Assembly (NCBI GenBank): GCA_044356395.1
Contig: JBIKWI010000004.1
Coordinates: forward strand, 1-59,357
DNA: 59,357 nt
Reading direction: 5' to 3'
Source: Tagaea sp.
GTDB lineage: Bacteria > Pseudomonadota > Alphaproteobacteria > CACIAM-22H2
Part shown: positions 21,756 through 32,437 of the stretch, piece by piece
Layout: every line of letters starts with the position of its first letter
Numbering within the stretch: position 1 is the first letter of the stretch
Notes under the pieces: generated by a model
Databases searched by the model: none
Told to the model about the DNA's origin: nothing
Seen by the model: the letters and a program-made list of their open reading frames with translations, nothing else
Program-made: the position numbers and the translations under genes

Positions 21756-22635
21756 AGGGCATCCGCGCGACCCTGATCTCGCCCGCTTCGCTTTCGGTCA
21801 TGTAGAGATCGCGGCCATCCGGACCGCCGAACGCGACGTTCGTGACGGTCATGCCGAGCGGACCGACGAAATGCGTGGCGAAGCCGAAGCGGTCGAAGCG
21901 CCACACCCCGGTGCCGAGATGTGCGACGACGAGACCGCCTTGTGCATCCAGTGCGATCCCGTCCGGACCGCCGCCACCGGACAGCTGGATGAAGGTGCCG
22001 ACCTTCGACGATCTTCCACGCTCGAACAGCGGCAGGCGCCAGATGGCGTTCGCGCGCGTCGCGGCGACATAGAGCGCCTTTTCGGCCAGGTCGAGCGCGA
22101 GGCCGTTGGGGCTGGGTACCGTATCGACCAGCAGGTCGATCGTGCCGTCGACGCCCCGCCGGAAGACTCGCCCGGTCGGGTCCTGCAGGCCGGTCTGGCC
22201 CTGATCGGTGAAATAGAGATCGCCGTTTGCGGCAAAGCCCAGGTCGTTGACGCCCTTGAAGCTCTCCGAACGCCAGTCGCGCAGCAGCGGCGTCATCGTA
22301 CCGGTCGCCGGATCGATCTCGACCAGGCCATTGCGATAGTCGGCGACGACGAGCCTGCCGTCGGCGCGCACCTTCATTCCGTTGGGCCAGCCGTCATATT
22401 CGGCGACGAGGCTCCACGTACCGGCCGGATCGACGCGGAAGATGCGCCCGAACGGGACGTCGACGACGAAGAGATTGCCGGCGGCATCGAAGCACGGACC
22501 TTCGAGGAACGAATCGAGAGAGGCACCGGCGCGATTGGCGTCGGCCCAGCCAGTGCGCCGCTTGACGCGGAACACGTCCGGCAGACGCGCATGGACGCGG
22601 CTCTCGATCCGCTCGATCGGGCCGAACGGGTTCAC
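21724..22635 (-). CDS. SMP-30/gluconolactonase/LRE family protein
   Basis: FLEGPCFD, PNGM, GVNDL, YFTDQG, PNGLA and GPDGIALD. GTG start overlaps the reductase stop. Confidence 0.85.
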   Translation of the reverse strand: MNPFGPIERIESRVHARLPDVFRVKRRTGWADANRAGASLDSFLEGPCFDAAGNLFVVDVPFGRIFRVDPAGTWSLVAEYDGWPNGMKVRADGRLVVADYRNGLVEIDPATGTMTPLLRDWRSESFKGVNDLGFAANGDLYFTDQGQTGLQDPTGRVFRRGVDGTIDLLVDTVPSPNGLALDLAEKALYVAATRANAIWRLPLFERGRSSKVGTFIQLSGGGGPDGIALDAQGGLVVAHLGTGVWRFDRFGFATHFVGPLGMTVTNVAFGGPDGRDLYMTESEAGEIRVARMPFSGRAVPRPT

Positions 22636-23636
22636 GGCCGCACCGGCGTTTTCGGCGTGACGACCGGAACGCTCGCGAACACGCTGCCGGCATAGAGCGC
22701 GCGGATCTTCGCGACATCCGCTTCCGGCATCGGCGCGAATGTCGATACGGCGGCATTCTCGTCGACTTCGGCCGGCGTCAGCATGCCGGGGATCGTCGTC
22801 GACACGCCGGGATGGGAAAGGCAGAAGCGCAGCGCCACCTGCGCAAGGCTCTGGCCGTCGCGAGCGGCGATGTCGCCGGCAAGCGTGCGGCTGGCGCTGG
22901 CCCACTGTGCGATACGCTCCTTCGACCAGTTGCGCCGGTGATCGCCCTCCGGAAACTCGGCCTCCGCCGAAAGCCTGCCGGAGAGAAAGCCGAAGGCGAG
23001 CGGCGTGCGGGCGATCAGGCCGGTATCGGTCGACAGCGCCAGATCGAGCAGGTCGTCCTCGAGGGCGCGCTGGTCTGCAAGATTGAAGTTGGCCTGCACG
23101 CAGGCGGCCGCGAACTCGCGGATCGCGGCGCCGGCTTCAGCCGGCGTCTTGGTCGACAGGCCCCAGGCACCGATCTTTCCCGCCCGATGCATCTCGTCGA
23201 GGGCACCGAGGATCTCGGGACGCGCGCGGAGCAGCTTGAGCGGCGGGTTGTGGAGCTGCAGCAGCTCGATACGCTCGCGGCGCAGCCGGCGCAGCGAACC
23301 CTCGACCGAGCGGGCAAGGTGGGCGGGCGTGAAGTCCTGCGGACCGCCGAAGCGCGGATGGCCAGCCTTGGTGGCGACGACGACGGCATCGACGGCGATG
23401 CCCGACCCCGCGCCGAAGCATTCGCCCAGCAGCGTTTCGGCGCGCCCGTCGCCGTAGGCATCGGCCGTATCGTAGAACGTGATGCCGCGCTCGAGCGCCC
23501 GGCGCAGGGCCGAACGCGACACCGAGTCGTCGGTCTCGCCATAAGATGCGCCCGCCACGAATCCGCCAATGCCCCAGGTGCCGTAGCCGATCTCGGACAC
23601 CACGAGGCCGGTCCGGCCCAGCTTGCGGTTGCGCAT
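22632..23636 (-). CDS. Aldo/keto reductase
   Basis: RKLGRTGLVVSEIGYGTW, FYDTADAYGDG, VATKAG, SLRRLRRERIELLQLH and IPGMLT. Confidence 0.9.
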   Translation of the reverse strand: MRNRKLGRTGLVVSEIGYGTWGIGGFVAGASYGETDDSVSRSALRRALERGITFYDTADAYGDGRAETLLGECFGAGSGIAVDAVVVATKAGHPRFGGPQDFTPAHLARSVEGSLRRLRRERIELLQLHNPPLKLLRARPEILGALDEMHRAGKIGAWGLSTKTPAEAGAAIREFAAACVQANFNLADQRALEDDLLDLALSTDTGLIARTPLAFGFLSGRLSAEAEFPEGDHRRNWSKERIAQWASASRTLAGDIAARDGQSLAQVALRFCLSHPGVSTTIPGMLTPAEVDENAAVSTFAPMPEADVAKIRALYAGSVFASVPVVTPKTPVRP

Positions 23637-23793
23637 CTTCCACTCCGCCCGAACGTCGTAAACGGCGCCACAGTACGGCCTCGACGCCGCGGTTGCCAAT
23701 AAATCACCGGCGGCGATTCGCCCTTTCTTTCCGCCGCTTGCGCCGGCCTTCCAAGGCCGCTACGAAGGGCATAGTCGCACCCGGGAACATGAT

Positions 23794-25074
23794 ATGAATC
23801 CTATATCACGAATCGTTGTCGTCGGCCTCGGCTATGTCGGGTTGCCTCTCGCCGTCGGACTTGCCAAGCGCTTCCAGGTAACCGGGTTCGATCTCGACCA
23901 AGGCCGTATCGACGAGCTTTCCGCCGGCAGGGACCGAACCGGGGAGATCGACGGGCCCGCACTGAAGGCTGCGAAGCTATCCGTCACCGCGGATGCCGGC
24001 GCAATCGGCAGCGCAGACGTCTACATCATCACGGTTCCCACGCCTGTCGATGCGGCCAACCGGCCCGATCTGGGCGCCGTCGTCGCGGCAAGCCGCACGG
24101 TCGGAAAGGCCATCAGGCGCGGCGCCATCGTTGTGCTCGAGAGCACCGTCTATCCAGGCGTGACCGAAGACGTCGTCGGGCCGGAAGTGGCCAAGGCATC
24201 TGGCCTCGTGTGCGGGCGCGACTTCCACCTGGGCTACAGCCCCGAGCGCATCAATCCCGGCGACAAGACCCACACGGTCGCGCATATCACCAAGGTCGTC
24301 GCGGGGCAGACGCCCGACGTGACCAAGGCGCTGGGCGACATGTACGGGGCTATCAACAACGGCAATGTGTTTCTCGCGCGCGACATCCGCACGGCCGAGG
24401 CCGCCAAGGTGATCGAGAACGCGCAGCGCGACATCAACATCGCCTTCATCAACGAAGTGACGATGATCTTCAACAAGATGGGCCTGTCGGTACACGACGT
24501 GCTCGCCGCCGCGCGCACCAAGTGGAACTTCCTGCCCTTCACGCCGGGGCTGGTCGGCGGCCACTGCATCAGCGTCGACCCCTACTATCTCGCCGAAGCC
24601 GCCACGCGCCTGCGCCACCATCCCGAAGTCATCCTCGCCGGCCGGCGCATCAACGACGGAATGGCAGGCTATGTCGCGGGCCAGATCGGCCGCGCGCTGA
24701 CCGCGCGCAGACCCGGCCCGGCCGACATCCTTGTCCTCGGGCTCGCCTTCAAGGAGGACGTGCCGGACCTGCGCAATACCAAGGTCATCGACGTGGTGCG
24801 CGACCTCGAGGCTCTCGGCCACCGGGTCGACGTGCACGATCCGGTCGTGGATCCGCAGGCGGCCCGGCACGAGTACGGCCAGGCGGTCCAAACGACCCTT
24901 CCCGCCGGCAGGCGATACGACGCCATCGTCCTGGCGGTCGCGCATGCGACATTCGCGAGCCTGCCGGCGGGCGATCTTGCCGGCCTCGCGGCACCGGACG
25001 CGGTCGTCTTCGACATCAAGGGTATGTGGCGTGGGGCAGCGCTGCCTCCGGGCGCCACCTACCTTACGCTCTGA
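23794..25074 (+). CDS. UDP-N-acetylhexosamine/UDP-glucose 6-dehydrogenase (TviB/WbpA/WecC family)
   Basis: VVGLGYVGLPLA, ESTVYPGVTE, YSPERINPGD, AAKVIENAQRD and PGLVGGHCI. Confidence 0.9.
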   Translation: MNPISRIVVVGLGYVGLPLAVGLAKRFQVTGFDLDQGRIDELSAGRDRTGEIDGPALKAAKLSVTADAGAIGSADVYIITVPTPVDAANRPDLGAVVAASRTVGKAIRRGAIVVLESTVYPGVTEDVVGPEVAKASGLVCGRDFHLGYSPERINPGDKTHTVAHITKVVAGQTPDVTKALGDMYGAINNGNVFLARDIRTAEAAKVIENAQRDINIAFINEVTMIFNKMGLSVHDVLAAARTKWNFLPFTPGLVGGHCISVDPYYLAEAATRLRHHPEVILAGRRINDGMAGYVAGQIGRALTARRPGPADILVLGLAFKEDVPDLRNTKVIDVVRDLEALGHRVDVHDPVVDPQAARHEYGQAVQTTLPAGRRYDAIVLAVAHATFASLPAGDLAGLAAPDAVVFDIKGMWRGAALPPGATYLTL

Positions 25075-25094
25075 CGGGAGGACGCCGGCACGCG

Positions 25095-27002
25095 ATGGCC
25101 ACGAAGGGACCGAGCAGCTTCATCCAGCGCTTCGACCGCGTCACGCTCTCGATGGTCCACGACGTCGCGATGGCCGTGCTGTCGTTCCATGTGGCGCTCT
25201 ATCTGCGCGTCGGCGACGACCTGACGCAGTACTCCGACGGGCTTCTGATCGGCGGCACCATCACGTTCGCACTTGCCTCGGCAGTCGCCTTCCACTGGAC
25301 GGGACTTCCGCGCGGCGTATGGCGCTATGTGGCGATCGACGACATGGTGCTGGTCGCGCGTTCGGTCACGCTCGCCATTCTGCTTTTCCTGCCTGCAATG
25401 TTCCTGTGGTCGCGGCTCGCCGACATGCCGCGCGCGGCATTGCTGATCAACTGGTTCGTCCTATTCGCGCTGCTGATCGGTCCGCGCCTACTCTATCGCA
25501 GCCTGCGGGAAGGCCGGATTGACCTCACGCTCGGCGGCCCGCGCGACGATCAGGTCCAGGTGCTGATCGTCGGCGCCAACGACGGGGCGGAACTGTTCCT
25601 GCAGGCGAACCGGAGGCGGCGGCGGGCGCCCTACTTTGTCGTCGGCATCCTCGACGATGCCGCTCGGCGCCAGGGAAGGCGGATGGGCGGGGCGGAAGTT
25701 CTCGGAGCGCCCGAGGCCCTGGAGACGATCGTCGACGATCTCAAGCGCCGCGGCCTGCGTCCGCAGCGGCTCGTCATCGCCACGCCGCAACTCGGCGGCG
25801 AAGCGCTGAGCGCGCTCGTCGATCTGGCCGACCGCTGCGGCATGACCGCGGTGCGGCTGCCGCGCATCAATGCGCTGTCGGGCGGAAATCCGGCAGATGC
25901 CGCACTCGACGTCAACCCGATCGCGATCGAGGACCTGCTTGGCAGGCCACAGACAGTGCTCGATCGCGAGTCGATGGACCGGCTCGTTCGCGGCCGCCGT
26001 GTGCTGGTGACCGGTGCGGGCGGGAGCATCGGCGCCGAGCTCGTGCGCCAGATTGCCGCGCGCGATCCTGCCATCCTCGTGCTGCTCGACAACTCCGAAT
26101 ACCAGCTCTACACGATCGACCGGGAGGTCGAGGAAGGCTGGCCGAACCTGCGGCGCGAAGCCGCCATCGCCGACATCCGCGATGCCGGGCGGCTGGCGGG
26201 CCTTATGTCCGCACACCGGCCGGAGATCGTTTTCCACGCCGCGGCGCTCAAGCATGTCCCGCTTCTCGAGGCGAACCCGTCGGAGGGGGCACTCACCAAC
26301 GCCATCGGGACCCGCAACGTCGCGGATGCCGCGATCGCCGCCGACGTGCAGGCGGTCGTCCTGATCTCCACCGACAAGGCGGTCAATCCGACCAATGTGC
26401 TGGGGGCAAGCAAACGGATCGCCGAGATGCTGTGCCAGACCCTCGATGCCGCCGGCGGCGCCACGCGCTTCGTGACGGTGCGGTTCGGCAACGTGCTCGG
26501 CTCGTCGGGATCGGTCGTGCCGCTTTTCCAGCGCCAGCTCGCGAGCGGCGGTCCGCTGACGGTCACGCATCCCGACGTCGTGCGATATTTCATGACGATC
26601 CGCGAGGCGGTCGAACTCGTCCTGCAGGCGAGCGTGCTGGCGACTTCAGGCAGCGCCGGCCCGCGCGGCGGCATCCTCGTCCTCGAGATGGGCGAGCCCG
26701 TCCGCATCCAGGATCTGGCGCGGCGCATGATCCGCCTTGCCGGCAAGCGTCCGGACATCGACATTTCCGTCGCGTTCACCGGCCTCCGGCCCGGCGAGAA
26801 ACTGTTCGAGGAACTGTTCCATGCCGAGGAACAGGCGACGGCGACCGCGATCTCGGGCATCAAGGTCGCCCGTTCGCGCGCCGCCGAGCTCGAGACCCTG
26901 CGCGCGGAACTCGCGCGGATCGAGGCGCTGGCACGCAGCGGCGATGCCGCCGCAACGCTTGCCGCCATGCGGGCTCTCGTGCCGGAATACCGGCCGGCCT
27001 GA
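25095..27002 (+). CDS. Membrane-anchored UDP-GlcNAc 4,6-dehydratase (CapD/PglF/WbpM family)
   Basis: Four N-terminal TM segments, IEDLLGR, VTGAGGSIGAEL, HAAALKHVP, STDKAVNP, RFGNVLGSSGSV and GLRPGEKL. Confidence 0.9.
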   Translation: MATKGPSSFIQRFDRVTLSMVHDVAMAVLSFHVALYLRVGDDLTQYSDGLLIGGTITFALASAVAFHWTGLPRGVWRYVAIDDMVLVARSVTLAILLFLPAMFLWSRLADMPRAALLINWFVLFALLIGPRLLYRSLREGRIDLTLGGPRDDQVQVLIVGANDGAELFLQANRRRRRAPYFVVGILDDAARRQGRRMGGAEVLGAPEALETIVDDLKRRGLRPQRLVIATPQLGGEALSALVDLADRCGMTAVRLPRINALSGGNPADAALDVNPIAIEDLLGRPQTVLDRESMDRLVRGRRVLVTGAGGSIGAELVRQIAARDPAILVLLDNSEYQLYTIDREVEEGWPNLRREAAIADIRDAGRLAGLMSAHRPEIVFHAAALKHVPLLEANPSEGALTNAIGTRNVADAAIAADVQAVVLISTDKAVNPTNVLGASKRIAEMLCQTLDAAGGATRFVTVRFGNVLGSSGSVVPLFQRQLASGGPLTVTHPDVVRYFMTIREAVELVLQASVLATSGSAGPRGGILVLEMGEPVRIQDLARRMIRLAGKRPDIDISVAFTGLRPGEKLFEELFHAEEQATATAISGIKVARSRAAELETLRAELARIEALARSGDAAATLAAMRALVPEYRPA

Positions 27003-27006
27003 ACCT

Positions 27007-27903
27007 TCAGCCGGCTTTCGCCTCCGACAGGATCTCGCGCACTGCCCGTGCGAGCGCCGGCCGCCAGTCGGGCGGCGTGATGTCGTAGTCGCGCGCGATG
27101 CGCGCACAGTCGAGCACGCTGTTGGCCGGACGCGCGGCCGCCGTCGGCCAATCCGATGTCGCGATGCGCACGACCGGCGGGCGCGGATGGCCGAGCAGCG
27201 CCGCCTCGTCGAGGATCGCGTCGGCGAATGCCGCCCAGGTGACCGGCGGGCGCCCCTGATAGTGGAACAGTCCGGCACGCCCAGCGCCTTCTTCGCCCGC
27301 CAGACGGGGCAGGATCTTCAGGATGGTCGCGGCAATATCGGTCGCCGGTGTCGGCCCGCCGCGCTGGTCGTCGACGACGCGCAGCTCGGGCTTGAGGGCC
27401 GCATGGTGCAGGATCGTCCGCACGAAATTGACACCCCAGGGCGCGAAGACCCACGAGGTGCGCAGGATGACGGTGCGTCCGCCGGCCTTGTAGGCCGCGA
27501 TCTCGCCCGCACGTTTCGTACGCCCGTAAACACAAGGAGGCCCGACCGGATCGGCCTCCTTGTAGGGAACGCGCGACGTGCCGTCGAACACGTAGTCGGT
27601 CGACAGATGGACAAACGGCACGCCCGCGGCGGCGGCGGCCGTCGCGATCAGGCCGGGCGCCTCGCCATTGACGCGTTGCGCCTGTTCGGCATCCGCTTCG
27701 GCCTTGTCGACGGCCGTGTAGGCGGCGGCATTGACGACGGCATCGGGCGTCGTCGCGGCGACGGCAGCCTTTACCGAAGCGGCGTCGCCAATGTCGACGG
27801 CATCGCGCGCAAGGCCGCGTACGGTCCAGCCATGCGCCGGGCCGGCCTCGACGAGCGCTCGGCCGACCTGGCCGCCGGCGCCGAATACGAGGACAACCGG
27901 CAT
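27007..27903 (-). CDS. rfbD: dTDP-4-dehydrorhamnose reductase
   Basis: GAGGQVG, NAAAYTAVDKAE, STDYVFDG, YGRTK and VVDDQRGGPT. Confidence 0.92.
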   Translation of the reverse strand: MPVVLVFGAGGQVGRALVEAGPAHGWTVRGLARDAVDIGDAASVKAAVAATTPDAVVNAAAYTAVDKAEADAEQAQRVNGEAPGLIATAAAAAGVPFVHLSTDYVFDGTSRVPYKEADPVGPPCVYGRTKRAGEIAAYKAGGRTVILRTSWVFAPWGVNFVRTILHHAALKPELRVVDDQRGGPTPATDIAATILKILPRLAGEEGAGRAGLFHYQGRPPVTWAAFADAILDEAALLGHPRPPVVRIATSDWPTAAARPANSVLDCARIARDYDITPPDWRPALARAVREILSEAKAG

Positions 27904-28958
27904 CAACCCGCTCCGAGACGCTCGAGCGAATAGCGCCGGCTGCGGATCGAATCGACCCATGCGCGATTGGCAAGATACCAGTCGACGGTCGCGGCGAGCC
28001 CGGCGGAAAAGGCGTGCGCAGGGCGCCAGCCGAGGGCGGCATGCGCTTTGGCCGCGTCGATCGCATAGCGGAAATCATGGCCGGGCCGGTCGGCGACATG
28101 CGTGACGAGCCGGCGCCGCGGGCCGTCCGGCAGGGCGCCGAGCCGTGCATCGAGCGTATCGCAGATCGCATGGACGACATCGATATTCGCAACCTCGGCC
28201 CCGCCGCCGAAGGCATAGGTTTCGCCGGGCTTGCCGCGCGTCAGGGCAAGCCACAGTCCGGCGGCGTGATCCTCGACATGCAGCCAGTCGCGCACGTTTG
28301 TGCCCGCACCGTAGACCGGCAGTCCCTCGCCCGCGCGCGCCTTGGCGATCATCAGCGGCACGAGCTTCTCGGGAAACTGCCAGGGCCCGTAATTGTTCGA
28401 GCAGTTGGTGACGAGAACGGGCAGGCCGTAGGTCCGGTTCCACGCGCGCACGAGATGGTCGGACGCGGCCTTCGTCGCGGCATAGGGCGAATTCGGCGCG
28501 TAGGCGGACGCTTCGGTGAAGGGCGGATCGTCGGCGGCAAGCGCACCGAAGACTTCATCGGTCGACACGTGCAGGAAGCGGAACGCGTCGCGTGCGCTCG
28601 CGTCGAGGTCCCGCCAGTAGGCATGCGCCTCGACGAGGAGGCGGGCGGTTGCCGCGACGTTGGTCTCCACGAAGGCGAGCGGCCCGTCGATCGAGCGGTC
28701 GACATGCGTTTCGGCGGCGAAGTTCACGACGGCATCCGGGCGGTGCCTTGCGAATGTCGCGCGCATCGCGTCCCTGTCGCCGATGTCGGCCTGCACGAAA
28801 GCATAGGACCCGCCTGCGAGTGCGGCGACGGCGTCGGGATTGGCGGCGTAGGTCAGCTTGTCGACATTGACCGCCCGGGCGAGCCCCTGCCCCACGACAT
28901 GCCGCAGGAAGGCCGAGCCGATGAAGCCGCAGCCGCCGGTGACGAGGATTGTCCGCAT
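27903..28958 (-). CDS. rfbB: dTDP-glucose 4,6-dehydratase
   Basis: VTGGCGFIGS, DKLTYAAN, AAETHVDRSI, HVSTDEVFG, PNSPYAATK and DRPGHDFRY. Confidence 0.93.
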   Translation of the reverse strand: MRTILVTGGCGFIGSAFLRHVVGQGLARAVNVDKLTYAANPDAVAALAGGSYAFVQADIGDRDAMRATFARHRPDAVVNFAAETHVDRSIDGPLAFVETNVAATARLLVEAHAYWRDLDASARDAFRFLHVSTDEVFGALAADDPPFTEASAYAPNSPYAATKAASDHLVRAWNRTYGLPVLVTNCSNNYGPWQFPEKLVPLMIAKARAGEGLPVYGAGTNVRDWLHVEDHAAGLWLALTRGKPGETYAFGGGAEVANIDVVHAICDTLDARLGALPDGPRRRLVTHVADRPGHDFRYAIDAAKAHAALGWRPAHAFSAGLAATVDWYLANRAWVDSIRSRRYSLERLGAG

Positions 28959-28961
28959 GGC

Positions 28962-29843
28962 TCAGTGCCTGCCGATCAGCCGCAGCAGATACTCGCCATA
29001 ACCGCTCTTGCGCAGCGGCTCGGCAAGGCGTGCAAGCGTCGCGTCGTCGATCCAGCCCTGCCGCCAGGCGATCTCCTCCGGACAGCCGATCTTCAGGCCC
29101 TGCCGCCGTTCGACGGCGGCGATGAAGTTCGACGCGTCGAGCAACGAGTCCTGCGTTCCGGTATCGAGCCACGCATTGCCGCGGCGCAGCGTCTCGACGT
29201 TCAGCAGCCCTTCGTCGAGATAGGCACGGTTGAGATCGGTGATCTCGAGTTCGCCGCGGGTACTCGGTCGCAGGCGATGCGCCCGGCGCGAGGCATCGCC
29301 GTCATAGAAATAGAGACCGGTGACCGCGAGGTTCGAGCGCGGACTGGCGGGCTTCTCGACCAGGCCGGTCGGCTTGCCGGAGCCGTCGAGTTCGATCACG
29401 CCATAGCGTTCGGGATCGGACACGGTATAGGCGAACACGGTCGCCCCCGGGTCGTTGCGGCCGGCGGCGGCCTGCAACCGGCGGGACAGGCCTTCGCCGT
29501 AGAAGATGTTGTCGCCGAGGATCAGCGCCGACGGACGGCCGGCGAGGTATGTCTCCGCGATCAGATACGCCTGCGCGATGCCCTCGGGCTTCGGCTGTTC
29601 GGCGTAGGTGATATCGATGCCCCAGGCGTTCCCGTCGCCGAGCAGGCGCCTGAAACCTGCGATGTCGACAGGTGTGGAAATCAGCAGGATCTTCCGGATG
29701 CCCGCGAGCATCAGTGTCGACAGCGGATAGTAGACCATCGGCTTGTCGTAGACGGGCAGAAGCTGCTTCGACGTGGCGATGGTCGAAGGATGCAGGCGCG
29801 TGCCCGCACCGCCCGCCAGCAGGATGCCAAGCCGCTCGCTCAT
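28962..29843 (-). CDS. rfbA: Glucose-1-phosphate thymidylyltransferase
   Basis: GILLAGGAGTRLHP, SKQLLPVYDKPM, LILGDNIFYG, RGELEITD and AWLDTGT. Confidence 0.93.
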   Translation of the reverse strand: MSERLGILLAGGAGTRLHPSTIATSKQLLPVYDKPMVYYPLSTLMLAGIRKILLISTPVDIAGFRRLLGDGNAWGIDITYAEQPKPEGIAQAYLIAETYLAGRPSALILGDNIFYGEGLSRRLQAAAGRNDPGATVFAYTVSDPERYGVIELDGSGKPTGLVEKPASPRSNLAVTGLYFYDGDASRRAHRLRPSTRGELEITDLNRAYLDEGLLNVETLRRGNAWLDTGTQDSLLDASNFIAAVERRQGLKIGCPEEIAWRQGWIDDATLARLAEPLRKSGYGEYLLRLIGRH

Positions 29844-30373
29844 ATGCCTGCCAGTCCCGGTGCGTTCGCGTCGCGCTCGGACAGGATCGCCGCCGCCGGA
29901 TCGATCTTCCAGTCGATGCCGAGATCCGGATCGTTCCAGCGCAGCACGTGCTCGTCCTTCGGGCTGTAGGGGCCGGTGACCTTGTAGGCGAAATCGGCGA
30001 AATCGCCGAGGACGGCAAAGCCGTGCGCAAGCCCGGCCGGCACCCAGAGCTGCCGGCGGTTGTCGGCCGACAGCTCGACGCCGTACCATTTTCCGTAGGT
30101 CGGGCTGTCGCGGCGGATGTCGACGACGACATCCCAGACCGCGCCGGCGACGACCGACACGAGTTTGCCCTGCGCATTGGGGTCCTGCCAGTGCAGGCCG
30201 CGTACCGTATTCCGGCGCGAGCGCGACAGGTTGTCCTGCACGAACGGTCCCGGAATTCCGGCGGCCGCGTACCGCTGGGCGTTCCACGTCTCGAGAAACT
30301 GGCCGCGCGCGTCGCCAAAGACCTTGGGTTCGACCAGCTTCAGGCCCGGCAGATCGAGATCGACGACGTTCAT
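29840..30373 (-). CDS. rfbC: dTDP-4-dehydrorhamnose 3,5-epimerase
   Basis: FGDARGQFLE, FVQDNLS, RGLHWQ, QGKLV, DIRRDSPTYGKW and AHGF. Confidence 0.93.
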   Translation of the reverse strand: MNVVDLDLPGLKLVEPKVFGDARGQFLETWNAQRYAAAGIPGPFVQDNLSRSRRNTVRGLHWQDPNAQGKLVSVVAGAVWDVVVDIRRDSPTYGKWYGVELSADNRRQLWVPAGLAHGFAVLGDFADFAYKVTGPYSPKDEHVLRWNDPDLGIDWKIDPAAAILSERDANAPGLAGI

Positions 30374-31314
30374 ACGTTCCCGTAGACCGAGTTGCGGATC
30401 ATCCGGAAGCCCTTCATCAGCTCGACGATGCCGTCGTCGAGCGAGAATTTCGGCTTGAAGCCGGTCGCCTCGATGCGCGCATTCGAGACGATGTAGTCGC
30501 GCTTGTCCGGGTCTTCGCCGATCGGCGCCTCGATGAACACGAAGCCGGGGACGTGGTTACGGATCCGCTCGCACAGTTCCCACTTCGAGATGTTCGCGTC
30601 CGACAGGCCGACATTGTAGGGGCGGTCCTTCATCGTCTCGAACTTCGCAAGGCCGTGCATGAAGGCATTCGCCACGTCGCGAACATGGATGTAGTTGCGC
30701 TTGAAGTGCGGCTCGAAAAGGACGACGGCACGGTCGGTGACGGCGCGATGCACGAAATCGTTGACCAGCAGGTCGATGCGCATGCGCGGGCTCATCCCGA
30801 ACACGGTGGCGAGCCGGAACGAGATCGCGTTGCCGCGCGCCAGGACCGCCTCCTCCGCCTCGACTTTGGTGCGTCCGTAGAGCGAGATCGGCCGCAGAGG
30901 GCTTTCCTCGGTGCACTCCTTGCCCTTCTCGCCCACGCCGTAGCCGGAGTTCGTCACCGGCATCAGCACGCGCTGGGACGCCGACAGCAGCTTCAGCAGC
31001 GTGACGACCGCATCGCGGTTGATCGACTCGGCGCCCGGCTTGTCGGCATTGCACAGCGGTGCGCCGACCAGTGCCGCAAGCGGGATGACGGCGTCGGCCT
31101 TCGCGACGAGCGGCTTGAGGACCGCCTCGTCGCGGGCATCGCCGCGGACGACGTCGAAGTCCGGGTGCGCGCAGACATGGGCCAGCGGCATCTGCCTGAA
31201 CATGAAACTGTCGACCACGGTAACGGCGTAGCCGGCATCGAGCAGGGCCGGCGTCAGCGTGGACCCCAGATAGCCCGCACCGCCGGTAATCAGAACGCGC
31301 GTCTTGCCCGCCAT
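30370..31314 (-). CDS. NAD-dependent epimerase/dehydratase (extended SDR)
   Basis: ITGGAGYLGS, LAALVGAP, YGRTK (YxxxK) and RLATVFGMSPRMRIDLLVNDF. Confidence 0.88.
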   Translation of the reverse strand: MAGKTRVLITGGAGYLGSTLTPALLDAGYAVTVVDSFMFRQMPLAHVCAHPDFDVVRGDARDEAVLKPLVAKADAVIPLAALVGAPLCNADKPGAESINRDAVVTLLKLLSASQRVLMPVTNSGYGVGEKGKECTEESPLRPISLYGRTKVEAEEAVLARGNAISFRLATVFGMSPRMRIDLLVNDFVHRAVTDRAVVLFEPHFKRNYIHVRDVANAFMHGLAKFETMKDRPYNVGLSDANISKWELCERIRNHVPGFVFIEAPIGEDPDKRDYIVSNARIEATGFKPKFSLDDGIVELMKGFRMIRNSVYGNV

Positions 31315-31431
31315 CTGCCTTCACTCCCTCCGCCGGAACCGCAACCGAACTGGTAAGCGACTGATATAGGTGATATTTCTTATCCTTGCAATTGATCGTC
31401 TCGATTCGCCCCGCGATGGAGTCCGCCGACC

Positions 31432-32436
31432 GTGATCATCTCGCGCACCCCGTACCGCCTGTCGTTCTTCGGCGGCGGCACCGATTACCCGAAATGGTAC
31501 CTGCAGCACGGCGGCGCCGTGATCGGCACGGCGATCGACAAGTACTGCAACATCTCGCTGCGCCGCCTTCCGCCCTTCTTCGAGCACCGCTATCGCGTGG
31601 TCTGGTCGCGCATCGAGCTGGTCAACGACCTGCTCGAGATCGAGCACCCGGCCGTGCGGGCCGTGCTGCTCGACCAGAAGGAGCGGCGCGGCCTCGAGAT
31701 CCACCATGACGGCGACCTGCCGGCCCGCTCGGGCCTCGGCTCGTCGTCGGCATTCACGGTCGGCCTGCTCAACGCGCTCTACGCGCTGCGCGGCCAGATG
31801 ATCTCGAAGCAGAAGCTCGCCGAGGAGGCGATCCGGATCGAGCAGCACGTGATCCGGGAGCCGGTCGGCAGCCAGGACCAGGTCTGGGCCGCCTTCGGTG
31901 GGCTCAACCGGATCGATTTCCGCGTCGACGGCAGCTTCTCGGTCAAGCCGCTGATCCTGACGACGACCCGGCGCGCGGAACTCGAAGGCTCGCTGATGCT
32001 GTTCTTCACCGGCCTGTCGCGCTACGCGATGGCGATGGCGAGCAAGCAGATCGCCAACATGGGCGCCAAGGAGAAGAACCTGCATCGCATGCGCGAGATG
32101 GTCGACGAGGCCGAGGCGATCATATCCAGCCCCGGCCGGCCGATGCTCGATCTCGGCGCGCTGATGCACGACGGATGGCGTCTGAAGAAGGAGCTTGCCG
32201 AAGGGGTGTCGACCTCGACGATCGACCAGATCTACGAGGCGGGGATCGCGGCGGGGGCGGTCGGCGGCAAGCTTCTGGGGGCCGGCGGGGGCGGGTTCAT
32301 CGCCTTCGTGGCCCCGCCGGAGAAGCACGCGGCGATCCGCGAGCGGCTCAAGGACCTGATCGAGGTCGACGTCAAGACGGGTGCCGAGGGCAGCCGCATC
32401 GTCGTCTACGAGCCGGACCTTTCCGAAAGCCGCTGA
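31432..32436 (+). CDS. GHMP family sugar kinase (HddA-like heptose-7-phosphate kinase)
   Basis: RTPYRLSFFGGGTD, DLPARSGLGSSS, VGSQDQ and GGKLLGAGGGGF. Confidence 0.85.
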   Translation: MIISRTPYRLSFFGGGTDYPKWYLQHGGAVIGTAIDKYCNISLRRLPPFFEHRYRVVWSRIELVNDLLEIEHPAVRAVLLDQKERRGLEIHHDGDLPARSGLGSSSAFTVGLLNALYALRGQMISKQKLAEEAIRIEQHVIREPVGSQDQVWAAFGGLNRIDFRVDGSFSVKPLILTTTRRAELEGSLMLFFTGLSRYAMAMASKQIANMGAKEKNLHRMREMVDEAEAIISSPGRPMLDLGALMHDGWRLKKELAEGVSTSTIDQIYEAGIAAGAVGGKLLGAGGGGFIAFVAPPEKHAAIRERLKDLIEVDVKTGAEGSRIVVYEPDLSESR

Positions 32437-32437
32437 T